64,000 nucleotides of DNA. Origin: Eledone cirrhosa. Taxonomy: Eukaryota. Positions 60,939 to 64,000 of this stretch are shown here, one piece after another. Below the pieces are notes generated by a model. The model made no database searches. It was given only the letters and a program-made list of their open reading frames with translations, and was not told where the DNA came from. A program made the position numbers and the translations under genes. The DNA is taken from positions 15,314,001 through 15,378,000 of the forward strand of contig OZ024765.1 in NCBI GenBank assembly GCA_964016885.1. Direction: 5' to 3'. Position 1 is the first letter of the stretch. Each line of letters opens with the position of its first letter.

Positions 60939-61245
60939 CTTAATCCGTATGGTGAGCAAATGGGTCCAATGTCCTGGCCTCCCCACAGCCCCGGCTCGTC
61001 TAGGATGCCACTTTCTAACAAGAGTAAATAAAAGAAATAAGAGACAGTATATGTCTTAATCCGTATGGTGAGCAAATGGGTCCAATGTCTTGGCCTCCCT
61101 ACAGCCCCCGGCTCGTCTAGGATGCCACTTTCTAACAAGAGTAAATATAAGAAATAAGAGACAGTATATGTCTTAATCCGTATGGTGAAGAAATGGTGTC
61201 CCATGAGCTGCTGGCCTCTCCACAACCCCGGTTCGTCTGCGATGC
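60939..61245 (+). repeat. 116-117 bp tandem repeat (2.5 units) leading into the CRE fragment
   Basis: cttaatccgtatggtga at 60939, 61055, 61172. Confidence 0.85.
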
Positions 61246-62654
61246 CACTTGCAGCGACACTTTCTCCAGCCGCAAACTGGTGCAGTCTGCGACTAACCCA
61301 GGTACTGCTGCCCCTCGGGCTGGAGGAGGCCAAACTCTCCAAGTACTGGTTGCTCTCCGACAGGTTCGTGGTCGTGCCCTTGGCAGTGGAGACTTCTGGT
61401 GTGCTTGGCCCTAGAGCTACCTCCCTGCTCACCACCATAGGCACTGAGTGGGCTATTCCTAGCAATGGAGATTTCTGGTGTACTTGGCACTAGGGCTACC
61501 TCCCTACTCACCACCATAGGCGCTGAGTGGCCTATTCCTGGCAATGGAGACTTCTGGTGTACTTGGCACTAGGGCTACCTCCCTACTCACCACCATAGGC
61601 GCTGAGTGGGCTATTCCTAGCAATGGAGACTTCTGGTGTCCTTGGCACTAGGTCTACCTCCCTACTCACCACCATAGGCGCTGAGTGGGCTATTCCTAGC
61701 AATGGAGACTTCTGGTGTCCTTGGCACTAGGGCTACCTCCCTGCTCACCACCATAGGCGCTGAGTGGGCTATTCCTGGCAATGGAGCCTTCTGGTGTCCT
61801 TGGCCCTAGGGCTACCTCCCTACTCACCACCATAGGCGCTGAGTGGGCTATTCCTAGCAATGGAGACTTCTGGTGTACTTGGCACTAGAGCTACCTCCCT
61901 ACTCACCACCATAGGCGCTGAGTGGCCTATTCCTAGCAATGGAGACTTTTGGTGTCCTTGGCACTAGGGCTAAATCCCTACTCACCACCATAGGCGCTGA
62001 GTGGGCTATTCCTAGCAATGGAGACTTCTGGTGTACTTGGCACTAGAGCTACCTCCCTACTCACCACCATAGGCGCTGAGTGGCCTATTCCTAGCAATGG
62101 AGACTTTTGGTGTCCTTGGCACTAGGGCTAAATCCCTACTCACCACCATAGGCGCTGAGTGGCCTATTCCTAGCAATGGAGACTTCTGGTGTCCTTGGCC
62201 CTAGGGCTACCTCCCTACTCACCACCATAGGCGCTGAGTGGCCTATTCCTAGCAATAGAGACTTCTGGTGTCCTTGGCTCTAGGTCTACCTCCCTACTCA
62301 CCACCATAGGCGCTGAGTGGCCTATTCCTAGCAATGGAGACTTTTGGTGTCCTTGGCACTAGGGCTACCTCCCTACTCACCACCATAGGCGCTGAGTGGC
62401 CTATTCCTAGCAATGGAGACTTTTGGTGTCCTTGGCACTAGGGCTACCTCCCTACTCACCACCATAGGCACTGAGTGGGCTATTCCTGGCAATGGAGACT
62501 TTTGGTGTCCTTGGCACTAGGGCTAAATCCCTACTCACCACCATAGGCGCTGAGCTGGCTAGCCGTAGGTGTGAGCCTCGCGAGATGGAATGGCTCTTCC
62601 AGCGCATCTCCCTTACCACCCTCTGGGGAAACGCCTTCTCCACTCTGTCCGCCG
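61225..62654 (+). pseudogene. CRE-like 3' fragment containing an internal 79-bp minisatellite (~15 units, 61386-62555)
   Basis: Flanks match 23190-23500 (VCDATCSDTFSSR..; EWLFQRISLT). Unit starts at 61386, 61465, 61544 .. 62492. Confidence 0.9.
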
Positions 62655-62770
62655 GGATGAAAGGCAAAGTTGACCTCGGCAGGATTTGAACTCAGACAGC
62701 AGAGAGCTGGAACAAATACCAAAAACCATTCTATCCGACATTCTAAAGACTCTGCCAATTCGCTGGCGTA
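62655..62770 (-). mobile_element. SINE 5' fragment
   Basis: ggatgaaaggcaaagttgacctcggcaggatttgaactcag. Confidence 0.8.
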
Positions 62771-63095
62771 ACCTAAAGAAACTGGCGTTTCTCCTTATTG
62801 CTGAGGTCAGGGTTCATGTATTTTTGCTCAAATGTAAACCTAGCCAAGGTAGACTTAGACATTTCATTATACAGCCTTGCTTTAACATTTTAAAGCCTGA
62901 CTGAGCCCATCCCTCTCCAGTGCTGAGTACAGCAGATTTCTTCCAGAGAAAGATAGAAAGTGAAAGAGAGGAAATGAGAAAAAGATATAGAGGAAGAATC
63001 AACCGCAGTACGTGACTGGTATTTTATATATATATATATAAATTATATAAATTATATAAATTATAAGAATCAAAGAACTGTTCAAAATATTTTTA

Positions 63096-63142
63096 TGCTT
63101 ACAACTGTTTCCTCCAAACCGAGGTTTGGATTCTTCGGAGCA
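63096..63142 (-). ncRNA. Hammerhead-like motif, CCGAAGA core variant (left arm of palindrome)
   Basis: Reverse complement of 63188-63234. Confidence 0.6.
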
Positions 63143-63187
63143 ATTTATTATTGAATAATAAATTCAATAATAAATTCAATTATAAAT

Positions 63188-63234
63188 TGCTCCGAAGAAT
63201 CCAAACCTCGGTTTGGAGGAAACAGTTGTAAGCA
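63188..63234 (+). ncRNA. Hammerhead-like motif, CCGAAGA core variant (right arm of palindrome 63052-63278)
   Basis: tgct-CCGAAGA-atccaaacc tc ggtttggag-GAAA-cagttg-TA-agca. Confidence 0.6.
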
Positions 63235-63507
63235 TAAACATGTTTTGAACAGTTCTTTGATTCTTATAATTTATATAACTGCTCTGTAAATCATCTGATG
63301 TTATTACATTGAGCTATTTAACTTACTGGTAATAAGGTAGTAACATAGTACTGCCTATCACTATTTAGGGTTTGTAAAAATATATATAACTACAAAAGGT
63401 TTTTGTATTTGAATAACCATAAATAGTATACTTAATACTATATATATATATATATATATATATAATTCAAATATTAATAAAATAGATGTTCTTGTGATCA
63501 ATTAAAA

Positions 63508-63569
63508 TGTATTATATATATTTCAGAGGTACTTGAATCAAATTCAATAGTACGTCCTCATCAGATAAA
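63508..63569 (-). ncRNA. Minimal type I hammerhead ribozyme
   Basis: tttat-CTGATGA-ggacgtacta ttgaat ttg attcaa gtacctct-GAAA-tatata-TA-ataca; short stem I. Confidence 0.72.
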
Positions 63570-63679
63570 ATAAAATGATATGTGACATAGAGTGCTTTTA
63601 ATCTATGGTAAAACTGATTCTTTGGTGTACTCATTGAATCTATATAAACTCTTTAAATATCTCTCTCTATATATATATA

Positions 63680-63910
63680 TCAAGTAAGTATGTTTTGAAA
63701 CAGTGAGCAGGTTTGAAATTAGAAAATATATAGCTTTCACCGTATTTTTGACTAAAGGAATTTTAGCCTGATAAGAAGGTTTAGAACCCTCAGATAAAAT
63801 GGAAAGTGGGTTCGACTCCCATGTACGTCAATACTCATCTTTTTCCATTTTATCTGAGGGTTCTAAACCCCATTATCAGGCTAACATTTCTTTAGTCAAT
63901 AAAACGGTGA

Positions 63911-63915
<5 letters not shown>
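63680..63915. mobile_element. Fold-back mini-element
   Basis: Arms ~63732-63805 / 63842-63915; the loop contains the hairpin tgggttcgactccca. Confidence 0.65.
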
Positions 63916-63998
<83 letters not shown>

Positions 63999-64000
63999 TC

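Noticed and set aside
61386-62555. 79-bp array as CRISPR or repeat protein
   Set aside because: No spacers; period not divisible by 3; derived from CRE coding sequence.

Overview
Eukaryotic (animal) genomic DNA, very AT-rich and saturated with microsatellites ((TA)n, (CA)n, (TACA)n, (CAT)n, (CTT)n). The repeat families suggest a cephalopod, probably octopus (inference). I could not support any host gene, and almost all ORF-track entries are microsatellite artefacts. The only intact protein-coding unit is an RTE-clade LINE ORF (45015-48560, minus strand) with an APE endonuclease, an RT and three C2H2 zinc fingers. There are also decayed fragments of CRE, R4/Dong, CR1-like, RTE and probably Penelope-like retroelements, many tRNA-derived SINEs, and several minisatellites born from TE coding fragments. 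The most interesting signal lies in the short (100-600 bp) unique-looking islands between (TA)n arrays. They are several families of often fold-back (palindromic) mini-elements that carry type I hammerhead ribozymes. By eye I found 7 with complete canonical cores, an inverted pair with a CCGAAGA core, several decayed ones, and an ~11-copy family that keeps only the 3' half of a hammerhead mirrored about stem II. They look like non-autonomous Penelope-like or retrozyme-like elements that target TA microsatellites. All folds were done by eye and are untested.
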